Assembly: GCA_002633005.1 (NCBI GenBank)
Contig: NMRA01000906.1
Location: forward strand, 29,706-93,705
From: Phoronis australis
Lineage: Eukaryota; Animalia; Phoronida
DNA length: 64,000 nucleotides
Reading direction: 5' to 3'
Shown here in pieces: positions 51,301 through 64,000 of this stretch. The notes below the pieces were generated by a model. That model was not told where the DNA came from. It worked only from the letters and a program-made list of their open reading frames with translations, and did no database searches. A program made the translations under genes and the position numbers. How positions within the stretch are numbered: position 1 is the stretch's first letter; the number at the start of each line of letters is the position of its first letter.

Positions 51301-54300
51301 TGATACATGATCGATTCCGTACTGCAGCGGATCTAAAAAGACTTCTCATCGATAATGTCACGTTAAGAGACAGTCAATATAAAAACCAATACAGTTTTAA
51401 AATCCGGCTTTACCTCAAAATTCAAAATAACTTCATTTCTTGTATATGGATAGGTATTCTAACAAAAATCTAAATGCCAAATCTTGTGCACTCAATGACC
51501 CATGATTTCGCCGCTGGAGCACTTGACTGCAAATTGTCATATTAGATGTCTCCAAAATTGTATGTTTTCACCAACAAAAATAAGTAACTGACAAAATAGA
51601 TTGAAAGTTGCATTTTGTTTTCTGGAATAACCAATGTATACTGTAAATAATTCTTTGCCATTTACTCAAAGTTGACGGCTTTGTTCTATGCAGGAGAGAT
51701 AATCCACATACCACTTTTCTTAGCTAATTTTAGTGGCCGCTTTTTGTGACCCTCTTCCTGACATAATGCACCTTATAGTTTTTCGTAACTTTCTTGCACA
51801 TACACCTAATCTTGATGAGTGACAAAAAATATCTGGCCTTAACTTTACATTTACTGCTAAACTGTCAATTTTGGAATTGATGAGCAGAGTTTAGAGACAA
51901 ACTGAACGAAATTTTTAACAAGAAATATGTTATAAAAATAAAATCTATGGCCTTTCAAGTGAAAACAAGTAGTTTTCTAAATGTATTACGCGATTAGCAT
52001 CAAACCTGAACTCCATGACCTTTCTCCGGTGAGTCAACTGGTTTGAGGATACCTAAAAAATTGTGCATGTAACCCTCTTGTTTTCTTCCATTATCATTTA
52101 TTTGACAATTTCAGGTAAATTAAATAGAAATAAATCGATTTGGAGTTTGAATTTACTCGAATTGTTATTTGTAAAGACTGGTTTTCAGGCTCACCATCAT
52201 GATCTTTAAAAAGGCAAAATGAAGAACGAAGGTCAATTCTGTTCGTTTACGGAATTTCATGAAACAAGTTTGATAAAGTTGGTAAATTTTAAATTTTACA
52301 AAAAGACCAAAAAGTTGAGTTGCGTTGATCTTGACAAAGGGCCACGTCCCAAAGGAACGTTGGTTTTAAATGTGTTTCATACGTGTTTTCATTACTTTAT
52401 TTTAATACTCCTGTCTACTTGCTTTTTTCTTACCGGTTAGGGTTGCTATCTTTTTACTTTGTGTTTAACCGAAGCACCAAAACAACTTAGAAGTCAGTTA
52501 ATTGTGAACCCATTCCTAAATTTTCCATTTTAGAGGTACACCAAACATGTCACAGCAAACAAAGCTACACGTGCCATTAGTTCAATTTTATTTTTTATTA
52601 GACCTAAAATCATAAAATATATACAAATGTGCAAACATGGTGATAGCCAAACTGAAGATTTGGAACCTCTAGACAATTCTGGTTGCAGTAACTACATTAC
52701 AATTCTAACTTTTCCTTAGTCATAAAAAATGAAATCACAGCTCTTGCACACTGACCAACCTCGTCCAATGCTGGCACTCTCTCGTTGATTACAAAGCCAG
52801 CCATCTTATCGAAATTGACGCATTTCCGCGAATAGCAGTTTTCTAGTTAGTGTACTTCCCCGGGAGTAAAGTAGTTCGGAATGCACTGGGCCATAAGCGA
52901 TGTTTTAAAAATTATTGACATCTAATTTAGTCGCTGTGTGTTGTTCATAGACGTTTCAATGTACGTAGCTTAGTTTTATGTTGAAGGAATAATCCAAGTG
53001 ATATTATTAACTCTGATCAGCGTTTGTAAATCACCGAGTATATCACTACGCACAGTCGTATATGTTTGTAGTTTTTAGCTTAATAGTTCATCGATTTTTA
53101 AAAATCGAAAATCAAACTTGGTTGTTTTTTCCATCTGAATACAGCTGTGGTATTTGTTTCTTACGAAAACTGTTGGTTAATACATTTCTAAAATTCGCCA
53201 GTATGTACAGGCAGAGGTGTTGACTACGGGTTATTATCGGGTAATTACACTTAATTGGGTCTTGCTCGCACCGGACAATGCGGTCATCGCAACCGAGTCC
53301 GACTCTGGCGCTGCGCTCTCTTTAATCCCGGTAAAAGCCGCTCTGAAGGACGAGCGGTAAAATGTCACGCATTTCTTTACAAATGCGTGACTTTTGTGTA
53401 AGCGTATTATTCACGCCATGCCACTGGACTGGGCCACGTCTGGCGCCTTAGGGTATCGAACGTAGGGCAGCTGTATTAACCTAATGTCTGTCATGAACTG
53501 AGTCATCAATAAATTGTCTTTCATTATTTTTTCTCTTGCCTTTTCGTACCGTTAATGATCGCACTGTCACAAATATTCAACGTAGGGGTGGCCGGCTACT
53601 GGTCTGGAGACTAACCTGCGGAGACATTACATTATGAACGCGAAATTACAATGAGTTTTGGTCGAGTTGACTTTTTTGCACTGAGCTGAGGACTAAACCC
53701 TCCTTAGATGCCTCCCTTCCCATGCTAGTGGCTCTCACAACGATGATAAAAACACGGAGCAAGGCAGATTCGGCTGGTAGTCGCGTCCGCAGTTTCCATG
53801 TAAACAAACAGGGACGCCATCTGTCATTTAGACGACGCATGCATGCCAGTCATAATTTATATTCATAGTTTTCATAATAAGGAATAATCATCAGTGTGGT
53901 TTTGAGAGAATGGAAATTAGTAGTGCTGTCTGTTTTTTCTCTAAAATACAAGCTTTTTACGTCGTTTCTAGCAAGGTATCTATACGTTTAAAGAGGCCCT
54001 CTATTGGTGGTTGAGACAACAGAGAGCAGGGAAATAGGACGAAGTGCAGTTCGTGTAATGCTTTGTAAGCAAAAACTACAGGAGAGGCAAGATTATTTAT
54101 TTTAGATTATGAAGAGGTTTTAGGAGTTAGTAAACGAATTATTATAAGGTCTGTTTTTGAAAGGGTGCAATATGGCTGCTGCAGAGTACCAAATTTGGCC
54201 GGAAATTACCTCAGCCAAAATTTGAATTTGAAAACAGCCGTTTATGCCACACAAAATTAAAGCATACAAATTTGAAAATGAATTTTGAAAGATATTCAAA

Positions 54301-55375
54301 TTAAAGTATTCAATCACAGTCCTTTAAAACAATATCACTCATTTGTTATAAGCTAGTTAAGCATTCTAGTAAAATGCATTCAGGCATGTCTACTTCGGCG
54401 CCCAATTTTGTTGCAAAATAGAGAAATAATAGATGAAAATTCTTAAAAAGCGAAAATTTTCGACAACTCGCCAAACTAAACTCATGTAATAAGTCTCAAA
54501 AAAATGTGTGATTTTGGATTTCTACCTGTTGGTTTTTAAACGGAGTCACTCTTAACAGTTATTCGGAAATCGGTAAAAACAACACTGTACTGTAGGCTAG
54601 TAATATTTTATTCAAACACGGATGTTCATTACTTCATTTCATATTTTGATACAAATACATGTACAGCAACAAAATTCACGTGTCAACTGTATTAAAAAGA
54701 TAAATTGTTGACATTCAGACCCTTCTCCAGTGTTAAGTGACTGATTCCTTACGATACATTTTGAAATTAATTGATACCATCCCAAACAGCGGCTTTTCGT
54801 TAATATTGCGTGACCGTAGAATTATGCAATGGACCTACGGTGAAAGTGCATTGTCGGGCAAGTTAACAAAAGCGAGGAGTCTAGAAGTATAGGAGAGTTC
54901 ACTACGCCATCTTGCCATTCGCTGCAATGTTTATCGGTCGAAAAACTAACTTCCCACGCAGTGAATAAGCAACACTAATTTAGCGGCGCAGTCCGAACAA
55001 TGTAAACACTGATAAATTCACAGTTTAATGACGTTCGACATGCAATAAAATTACTGTGTGATTGAATGGGTGTTGACCCCTGCCAGGGGGTACATGGGAG
55101 GAGTGTTAAAAAGCGAAAACTAATGGGGTATGCTACATGAGCGTTAGTCCCTTCCATCGTCACGTATTTCGGTTGCGCTTCTGAGCACTGACAATATGTG
55201 GTGAGATGGTAATAAGATTTGGCCCTCGTTTTGTGCATGACCCCCCACGACATTTTGTAATGACCGGTAGCCAGGCCCATGTGGTTATTTCAGTGCCATC
55301 CTAAGTATTTTCCAACTTGTCATTACATGTTGCTCCCAGCTCACTGCTGGTTTCATCTCCACCCAACAATTTCGC

Positions 55376-55377
<2 letters not shown>

Positions 55378-55415
<38 letters not shown>

Positions 55416-55433
55416 GAGAGAGAGAGAGAGAGA
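55378..55433. repeat. (GA)n microsatellite, probably the 3' tail of the adjacent LINE
   Basis: About 27 GA units directly abutting the LINE 3' end (minus strand ...AATGTAATGTAATAAAAGCGTT(CT)n). Confidence 0.9.
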
Positions 55434-58400
55434 ACGCTTTTATTACATTACATTATAATAATACATTGATTAAAATTTGATTTCAATTAGGAGGCCTTCT
55501 AAAGGTTATTGACCGCTAATAAGAAGGTCCCTTATACACAATAAAAGAATGGAAATGCAAAAATCAGTAGGAATACTTAAGAAAACAGTGAATTAGTGCT
55601 GGAAACGACCGACACGCCAGGAACCAAGAAGCAAACTGGCACAGCTCAGGAGATTTTGAGAATACAATTAGATACTGCTACATATGAAACAATTGGAAAT
55701 ATGACAAACTGGATCGTAGTTGCTAATAATAAAATTGGTTAAGAACCTGGAGAATGCTTGCAAAGAATGCGTTTTTATTATATTTAGAGCAGAGACTGGT
55801 ATTTCGTTGTTGTTTATAAGTCGAGGAATCTGAAATCTAATACAGGCTCTTGATGACAATTTGTTGGACGGAGGAATTAAAATTTTGGGTTGTATAGTCT
55901 GCATAGCAGCTGAGTATTGATTCAGGTATGTAGGAGTTTTAATGTGTCTGGTTGGCTTATATTGGATGGGTTTACTGAAGAAGTTGTTAGTGTAAAAATA
56001 CTTAGGAAGCTGATTATTGAGGAATTTGTAGTAAAATTTTGTAGTTGAGATTTTATAGATGTCTTGAACTAGAGGGAGGCGAAGTTCCTTACATATGGGC
56101 AAAGAGTGAGCATTATAACTGGAATTTGATATATTCCTAAGGATTCTTTTCTGGGCTGTCTGAAGTTTCTTAGTGTTGCCAAAATCCCAAGTTGCAATGC
56201 CATAGTTTAAATGTGGAAGGACAAGTGAATTATATATCAACTTGAGAGCTGAAAGAGGAAGATAAGATTTCAATTCGTATAAGAGTCCACCGAGATTGTT
56301 AAGTTTGTTTGAGATGAGGTTAATGTGGGGAGACCATGAGAGGTTTTTGTCAACAGTAATACCAATGAAAGGAAAACTGTTCACATGACATATTGTTTTG
56401 CTATTTCTATAAATGGTGGGAATAATACATTTTTCAATTTTCTTTTGGGTGTAGTGGAAGATCATTAATTTACTTTTTGATGTGTTAGTTGAAAGTTTGT
56501 TCACAGAAAACCAGTCTGAAATAGATTTAAGGTTGTTGTTGATGGTGGTTGGTTGCTGTAAAGTGTGTTGGGAAGATTCAGTCAGTTTGTAAGGTGTGAC
56601 GAGGCAAGTGTCGACAGCATAAAGAAGTGTGTCCATGGGAGAAGAAAACGAAAGATCATTTATGTAAACTAGGAAGAGAAGTGGGCCAAGGACAGAGCCT
56701 TGGGGAACTCCGGTAGATATTGGTAACCAACTGGAAGTTGTATCACTTAGTGAAACATATTGGGTGCGGTTTGAGAGATAACTTTTAAACAGTGTATATT
56801 CAACTCCAGTAATACCATAGTGATTTATCTTTTGCAAGAGTATTTGGTGGTCTATTGTGTCGAAAGCTTTCGAGAGATCTAGAAAGATGACCGGGGGATT
56901 CATGTCATTATCAAGATGGGAACAAATGCGGTCTAAAAGTTCAAGCGAAGCAAGTTCTGTAGAGTGACATTTCCTGAAACCATATTGATGTTTATTAAGT
57001 ATATCATTTTCATTTAGGAAAGTTGAAAGTTGATTATGGATAATTTTTTCTATAATTTTTGAGATTGTTGGAAGAATAGAAATGGGTCTATAATTGCCCG
57101 GGTGCTCTGGGTCCAAACCATGTTGTTTAAAAACTGGGATCACCTTAGCAATCTTTAGAGCATCTGGAAATATACCAGTGTGCAAGCACTGGTTGATGAT
57201 GGTCGTGAGAGGTTCAATTATAAAAGGACTGCTTATTTTGATAATTTTAGATGATAAATTGTCATGACCAGTGCTATTTTTTGCGTCCATGTCTCTTATA
57301 ATATCTAGTACATGTTTATTATTAATTGGTTTGAAAGAGAACTTAAATTTGTTTGGCGTGGGAAGATAGTCTTTGAAATTCTTGTTTTTTATCATAGTTA
57401 TTGATTCAGAAAGGGATGGGCCGATTTGGGTAAAGTAGGTGTTGAATAAACTTGCCATTTCGGGTAGGTCACTGGTTTTAGTGTTATCTGAACGTAAGAG
57501 ACATTCTGGGGTGTCATTTTTTGTTCGAACGCCGTTGTTCATAACTGTCTTTATTGTATCCCATGTTTTATTTATGTCAGACTTCCCTTTTTCGAATGTG
57601 TCATAATAGTAAGATTGCTTGGCGGAATCAATAGTTTTTTTGAGAATCTTGTTGTATACTTTAAGATTGTTGTGGCATGTAGCGTAGGATTGTGTGTTGC
57701 GAGGGGTTGTCTTGGTTTGTTTGTACAGTTTATCTCGGTAACGAATGGAAATTAAAATACCAGGTGTAATCCACGAGTTAAGCGCGTGTTTGTGTTTATT
57801 ATATCTAACATTTTTGGACCAAAGTGTTTTTTCGTGAGATATGTCAAAGTATCACTGAATATTGCGTAGTTGTGATTGGGGTCACAATCTAGGCTGCGGT
57901 CTAGCTTTTCCATGATATTGCAGTTCCGTAAGCTATTGAGAAAGTGAGTTTTTGTTTGCGGTGTGTAAGAATATTTTGAGACGAAAGTAGGGCGTTTAGG
58001 GTGGATTTTCTTTATCGATTTTGAAGCAATGAAGATAGGACAGTGGTCTGAGATCGAAGAGAGAAGAATACCAGAGTGTGTATGTATGTGACCGTATGAT
58101 GTTGATGTAAAGAAGTTATCTATTAAAGTTGCTGATGTGGGGCTAAGACGTGTAGGGTATGTAATTGAAGGTCTTAAATTGTGATTTGTCATAAAATCCA
58201 GGAATGTTTGAACTTTATTATTTGTTTGTGTCTCTAGAAGATTTAAGTTATAATCTCCACCTAAAATCAGTGTTTTACGCTGATTTTGAAGGTTTTCGAT
58301 GATGGGACAGAACTCTTCAATAAACACGCCAAAGGTTCTAACGAGTGAAGTCGGCGGTCTGTAAAAGTTACCGACGCAGATGCTTTTGTTGTTAATAGAG

Positions 58401-58899
58401 ATAAAAGTGAGTAGGCCTTCGAACGTAGAATAAGTATCAAGAACTTGATTTTTTTGACAGGAAGATTTTCATTTACGTAAGTGATAAGGCCACCGTGTGT
58501 TGAACATAAGCCAGATGCAGGTTTGGAGTACATGTTGTAGCCGTCAATTTGAAAGACTGAAAGGCAGCTGGTCGTGGTTAACTACTTGTATTAAGATAAT
58601 GTCGAAAAATAATTCTTTAGAGTGAATGTTGTGCAGGAATGATTCAAATTGAGTGAATTTTGAGTTAAGTGAATGAATGTTTATACTTAACACGGTTAGA
58701 CTTGATTTATTTAGGTCAAGAAAGTTTTTAACTCCTTCTGTATCAAAAAATGGGATTTGGAAATTGGAGCCTCGGTGCAACATTCAAGAGACTTTATGTA
58801 TCAGAGACAGAAATCTAGTGTACTCTCACCTCCATAACTAGATAATAGAGGAGCAGGATCAAGAGCTGCGCCAGCAGAAAACTGGCTTACGTTGGCCAT
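55434..58899 (-). mobile_element. Non-LTR retrotransposon (CR1/L2 group, Crack/Daphne-like) ORF2: APE endonuclease + reverse transcriptase, degenerate
   Basis: Endonuclease motifs SINIHSL, GGLITYV, GDYNLNLL, ATLIDNFF and SDHCPIF. RT motifs NYRPISILP, QYGFR, FLDLSKAFDT, GVPQGSVLGPLLF and YAVD (YADD mutated). C-terminal CxxxxCxxC. Split by frameshifts into ORFs 58544-58783, 58267-58533, 57752-58327 and 55668-57542. The 3' end has AATAAA followed by (CT)n. Confidence 0.92.
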
Positions 58900-60844
58900 A
58901 AATGGATATTTACATGTGTTATTCCTTGATTGGTCCTAGGATATCGGTCGTCATGTAAGTTCATTGAATTAGCGCACAATGAAAAAATTCACAAGGGGTG
59001 GGTAAGATAAACGGATAAAAAGTTTAAACAAACTTAAACAGGCAAGATAGATACTGAGATACATACATGAAGCATTAGACATTTGGAAACTTTAACATGT
59101 AAAATTACAAGTCAAATCTATGCATATTTTATATAAATAGTAAACACTATTTGGATTAACTATTCAGTGATAAATAAGTATCTTGAGTAGCTTAAGGCAG
59201 TCGACGGTAGCGACCCCAGGTGGTCTACATGTATAATATTGATGAACTAACCTGATGATGCGGTGAGGGTGTATTTCCATACACAGAGAGCGGGATTCAG
59301 TTTGACACTATACCCCGTGGTGGGTGTACACAAGTTAGTCTTGTGACTGAACTTAGTGTTACATGAGACCATCCTGAATGAATAAAATCTAGCTTGTGAC
59401 CCAGGTCGTCATAGGTGTCCTGCAGTCAGTTTGCTAGAAATAGTTTCAACACTGTGCGTGCTGAGGCAATAGGTAATGAAAGTTGGAAACACAATCGGGA
59501 TGTCGGTATATCGTTCGTGTAAGGTTTCCAGACTGTTGACCAAGCGCACCACAGGTGCCCAGTAATCATCAGTCGTACTAACTTAGGGAACACTTGATAG
59601 GCCTACGAACAGAGCCGTTCAGGCCTGACGAGGCAAACTCAGCAAGGGGCCAGGTTCAGAGAATTACCATATTTACTTCACTGGGTTAATAAAAATGAGT
59701 TACTGGCATAGTGTGTACACTTTAGGGTTATGGTACGTAAGAGATACGAAAGCACTGAGGATTGGTCAAAGTCATTGTGTTTTAACAAGGGATTTTGAAA
59801 CAGCTTGAAAGTCTGTAAACTACCAGGGGTTCCGAAACCTCACTGCGAGTTGTGGTGCCTGTCTCAAGTGAATCGCAGCTGAGTTGGCCAGCGGTGGCTT
59901 TCATTTCATTGACTACTGAACAATGTTTTTAAAGAAAAACAAGAGACGTGTTTTAAAAATTTTCTTTAATCAATACAAACTAAAAATAGTCGTCAACGCT
60001 TTCAAACATCCACCCAATAATTACGATAACATCCGTGTCAGTGTCCCTGATCAACGCATTGCCATTTGAGTTGACTAAGTGGAAGGTAAGAAACGTGTCA
60101 ACCTCTTCATGGGAACCTTGAGAACCCGTTGGATGATCAGCTGCCATGAAACCAGTGTAAGAAAGGCGAATTCAGTTGCCGCCATATGAGACAACAATTG
60201 TTTTCTCCCCAAGAAATGGTCCATACAGGTCTTTTTGTCGTTCTTGCAAGAGGAAGGTTGCCAAGCTGTCCATAAAATGTGTTGTTCTGCAAAGCAGGAA
60301 TTTTTCAACAAGACATTTTGGGTTTAAAGTTTGTGATAAGTTGGCTTACTGAAAGAAGTTACGTCTTTTCTAAATGAAAAGTTTAGGTCCTAAGAACAGG
60401 TGCGTTCAAGTAACTTTGTTATTCTGTATCTGTTGCATATAACTATTGTTATCTGTAGTACTTGACTACACCTGTGAAATAAAATTTAAAAAAATGAAAA
60501 GTTTACCTTGTAAAAGAACCCAATACAGTTCTTTCTTCTTGTTGCTGACAGCGTACTGTATTTTCGCTAATTGCCCCGCTCTTTGCGGAATGTTCCACTT
60601 TTTTTACTTTTTTTCGCCATTTCTGCCACACCATCTTAATGTCTCGTTTTTTGACGCACGACTAAACTGGCTTACCAGCATATACTCAGTGTGTCTCTAT
60701 TATTAATTCCAAACAAGAAGAGAGTTCAGTAGACGCGAAAATATTACGGAAATACAAATCTTTCCTTGTCGAAATTCTTAATTCTATAAAACTCTACCAA
60801 TACTTGACTGGGGTATTCATTAGTTTCTGGCAGATTTTCCAGAG

Positions 60845-61530
60845 GACAATTTGTCTGCCATGTGTCATTCTGTGTTTATTGCGGCATGGTTGTTGATTTT
60901 AAGTCAATTTTAGCCGGAACCCCGAATATCTAAAGTAGCTCAAACTATGAAAGGCATACCGTGGTTGAGATTTTTTGGATTTCTGGCGAGCACAGCCCAG
61001 AATGTTTTGTGTCTGTCACAGACCATTTAGTGACCAATGACATGTATTCATTCACATGAATGTATGAGCTAGATCATTTTTGGGGGTTCTTTTGGGTTTC
61101 TGGCGGACGCATTCCAGAGTGCAATTTGTCTGTCATGGGTCATTCGGTGTTCAGTGCAATACTATTGTTCGTTTTAAATCAGTTTTAGCTGGTACCTCAA
61201 ATGTCTAATCTAGCTCAAATTTTCAATGGCATACGGTGGTTGACATTTTGGGGGGTTTCTGGAGGGCACCACCAAGAATGTATTTTGTTTGTTATAGGCC
61301 ATTTAGTGATTAGTGACATGTATTGAATCACAAGGAATTGGTTTTTGTGGTACGTCGAATATATGAGTTAACTCATTTTGGGGGGGGGGGGGGGGTTTTG
61401 GGTTTCTGCTGGACCCAGGTCACGGTGCAAATTGTCTGTTATGGGTCATTCGGTGTTCTGTGCCGTACTATTGTCCGTTTTAAATCAGTTTTGTCCGGTA
61501 CTTCAGATATCTAATCTAGCTCATTTTGGC
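60845..61530. repeat. Degenerate tandem repeat, ~280-310-bp unit, ~2.3 copies
   Basis: ttgtctg.catg.gtcattc.gtgtt recurs at ~60851, 61126 and 61432. Confidence 0.7.
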
Positions 61531-62008
61531 CCCCTTGTAAAGTCCTCAAGGGTTTCACCCAGAGTGCAGACAACTCAGGCAGATTTTAAGTGTTTCATCT
61601 GTCCTCGTTCATCTACATTATGTGCTCTGGGCTGTCTATGGTTTAGTGTATCAGTCTAGACAGGCAATAAGAGAGACGGGTCTCATTAAACTAACGAGTG
61701 AGAAATGCAGTTAACGCAACTTATCGACTTAAGCACCAATTAAAACAATCTTTACAACTACACCTTAATTTTATTTTGCCCCTCGTCATGCAATTTACAT
61801 TCAATATATGTACACGCAACTGAAACTTAATTGTCGCGAACCATACACGGAGGTGCAGCGTATTTTAAGACAAAAAGTGCAAGTGTTAAAAGCGCTCGAA
61901 AATAAACCTACAATTAAGTCCGTCGTGGAATATGACATGGGCGTTCTAATCTTCACAAGCCTTACAACACGTCACCAAATGCCGCCAACGTGAAATGAAA
62001 CTTTGTAC

Positions 62009-63005
62009 CTGCAAAGAGGAAGCGTTAGACTCTTTGCCCACGTGACTGTTCAGTCCGAATCGAGATTTCAAACGTTTGAAAAGTCCCTCGCGTTTCCCAG
62101 TATTTGGCTTATTCGTAAAATCATAGTCCTCTGAAACAGAAGAAACGGCATCAAGAGGCACATGCGCGAAACCAGACATCTTGACGACTTCTAGACGAAT
62201 TTCCTCGGTGGTGACTGCTTTGTTGTTACTTTGCAATCTTGTTATGCTTTTTTTCTTGCATTCAGTGTCCACTGGATTATCTCTCGTAGCAAACGATAAA
62301 TCACACTGGTCCAACGTTGCTACAGGAGACGGACTGGGATAGCAAGGCCAGGCAACGACACCACAAGGTTTAAAAAAGTCGAGTACAACATCTTCGCGGT
62401 CGTCAGTTAGGTCACTGCTTTTGTACTTTTCGATTGACTTTCTCACCAGCTTGGGCTATGGTGATGCAAGCGTTTTCCAAAAGATTTGCAGCAAGAGTAG
62501 AAATGGCTTCTTGAGACAACTTTGCGAAACTGTACATTTTGTCGTCTTCTGGACGTATATCTTCGACGCTTCCTGATGTGCTGAACAGAGAGTTTTGGGT
62601 GTCCTGTGAAAACGTCTTGCGGATCATAGGGAAAACTGTCGATTTGGTCGACTCTATGAATTCAGATACTCTTGCGTCTTCTATGAGGTCACTTTCAAAG
62701 GTTTTATATTCGGATCCTGTGACTTTCTTCTTACTATCACTGTTATCAGTGAAGCCAGCGATACCTGACGGTTGAATCACTTTCCGTCCTACATTGTCAG
62801 AGTGGTCTGCTTTGTTTCTGCCATCCAATTTAACTACTACTCTCCCTCCAGTATCACTCATATATGCAGAGGTATGGAGGATGCTCTCTGAAGCATTGAT
62901 GTTAAGATAGGAAATTGCGCAGTAAGACAACATTAGGCACTCTCTGTCGTCTTTCGCAGGAATATCTTCAGCATTTCTTGATTCGATACTACTGTTACAC
63001 CGACT
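62009..63005 (-). pseudogene. Large exon-like open region (S/D/K/E-rich, unknown product) with one frameshift near 62445
   Basis: Two overlapping minus ORFs (62412-62933, open back to a stop near 63006; and 61946-62446) merge if one G is removed at ...GCT G GTG AGA. The region ends at a candidate donor CAG|GTACAA (~62008). No family recognised. Confidence 0.4.
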
Positions 63006-63444
63006 CTATCACAGTGCTAAACGAAAGTTAGCACTGTAGAATGTTGTTTAATATGGCCTCTCATTGGTTAAAGTAATGAAACTGACGTCATAACATTCAG
63101 CCATTCCCATTGGTCGAAACTTGGGAAACCCTTTCTGTTTACAAATTACGAAGTGTAGCGACCACGGATTTAAGTAGTTGCATTTTATTAAAACGGACAG
63201 TGGTGGAAGTGAATAAGACCAAGAAAACTCCGATGAAGTGGCTTAAGCCGAAACAAATCCGATGTATAAAGGTGTGTGTCATTGGTGGCGATGTGGTCGG
63301 TACATTGCCGACGGGATGATGGAAGTATTGCCTATCTACGCGGACTTGCTTGCAGCCCGGGGACAATTTGAGAAGTCTTTGTGTCTAGTAATCAGCCCAC
63401 TGAATGCCATTCTGGCCCAACAGAGATATATAGGGAAGCTCTAA
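63004..63444 (+). mobile_element. RecQ-like helicase 5' fragment, probably from an AcademH transposon
   Basis: LKPKQIRCI...GGDVVGTLPTG (Q motif and Walker A start), then after a frameshift LP...SLCLVISPLNAILAQQ (motif Ia). The upstream region is repeated at ~1456-1735. Confidence 0.6.
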
Positions 63445-63520
63445 TTCTTTCTTTTGGTGAAAACGGTGAACACTAACTTTGTTTTCATAACTACATGAGG
63501 TCACGTAACTTGGCTCTATT

Positions 63521-63887
63521 CAGTGGTGGGTTTAGGGGGGGGGGGGNNNNNNNNNNNNNNNNNNNNNNNNNNNNNNNNNNNNNNNNNNNNNNNNNNNNNN
63601 NNNNNNNNNNNNNNNNNNNNNNNNNNNNNNNNNNNNNNNNNNNNNNNNNNNNNNNNNNNNNNNNNNNNNNNNNNNNNNNNNNNNNNNNNNNNNNNNNNNN
63701 NNNNNNNNNNNNNNNNNNCTCGGGGGTGATTAGGCAATGCATACCCCTTTCTTTTTTTAGTCAACAGGTCCTCAAACCCAAAATTCGAGATCCCTGCATC
63801 CCCACATTTTAGGCTGGGCGCGCGCATCTGCCGAAATTCTGGTTATCCCCTGGCCCCGCCTAACTCAAAATCCTGGATCCGCCCCTG
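63521..63887. mobile_element. CA...TG MITE spanning second gap, 5-bp TSD CTATT
   Basis: CAGTGGTGGGTTTAGG...CCTGGATCCGCCCCTG flanked by CTATT. Confidence 0.72.
63547..63718. other. Assembly gap (N run)
   Basis: Run of N after a poly-G tract. Confidence 1.
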
Positions 63888-64000
63888 CTATTAGTCGATC
63901 ACAATGGCCAACATAGCCTTGATCTGGTTTGGCAAGGGGGCAAGCAGGAGCTAGGTGTAACAATCACACTTGCTAAAATCAAGCCTCACGAACTCTAACA

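Noticed and set aside
55668-57542. 624-aa RT ORF as an active or domesticated gene
   Set aside because: The catalytic YADD is YAVD and the upstream endonuclease region is frameshifted. This is an ordinary dead LINE.
58900-60650. LINE ORF1/5'UTR or host exon (donor-like site at ~60505)
   Set aside because: Too degenerate to assign. No clear RRM, esterase or PHD motif could be read.
63010-63016. CACAGTG RSS/Transib-like heptamer
   Set aside because: No nonamer at 12 or 23 bp spacing and no RAG/Transib ORF. It is part of a hairpin.

Overview
Eukaryotic draft-assembly window, AT-rich and with two N gaps (13610-14608 and 63547-63718). Spliced genes and the transposon spectrum (Academ, Kolobok, Gypsy, CR1/L2-group LINEs, many MITEs) suggest a marine invertebrate animal. 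Two host genes are supported. The first is a minus-strand MFSD4/NaGLT1-like MFS transporter with three phase-compatible exons at 12673-12519, 11680-11547 and 9211-7992; its first exon was not found. The second is a plus-strand 755-aa TTC22/IFIT-like TPR protein with a degenerate TIR-like C-terminus (46124-48391). A frameshifted ~1 kb minus-strand exon-like ORF lies at 62.0-63.0 kb. Most of the rest is nested transposon debris: two AcademX relics, AcademH-like RecQ fragments, several TTAA-flanked Kolobok elements (one built from two inverted 5' ends), a 4.9-kb TIR element with a second partial copy, a CA...TG MITE family with 5-bp TSDs, a Gypsy RNaseH-integrase fragment and a near-full LINE ORF2. 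There are no CRISPR arrays or rRNA genes. No wholly new system can be proven from sequence alone. The best leads are the TPR-TIR protein and the double-5'-end Kolobok. All family assignments come from motif recognition by eye, not from database searches.
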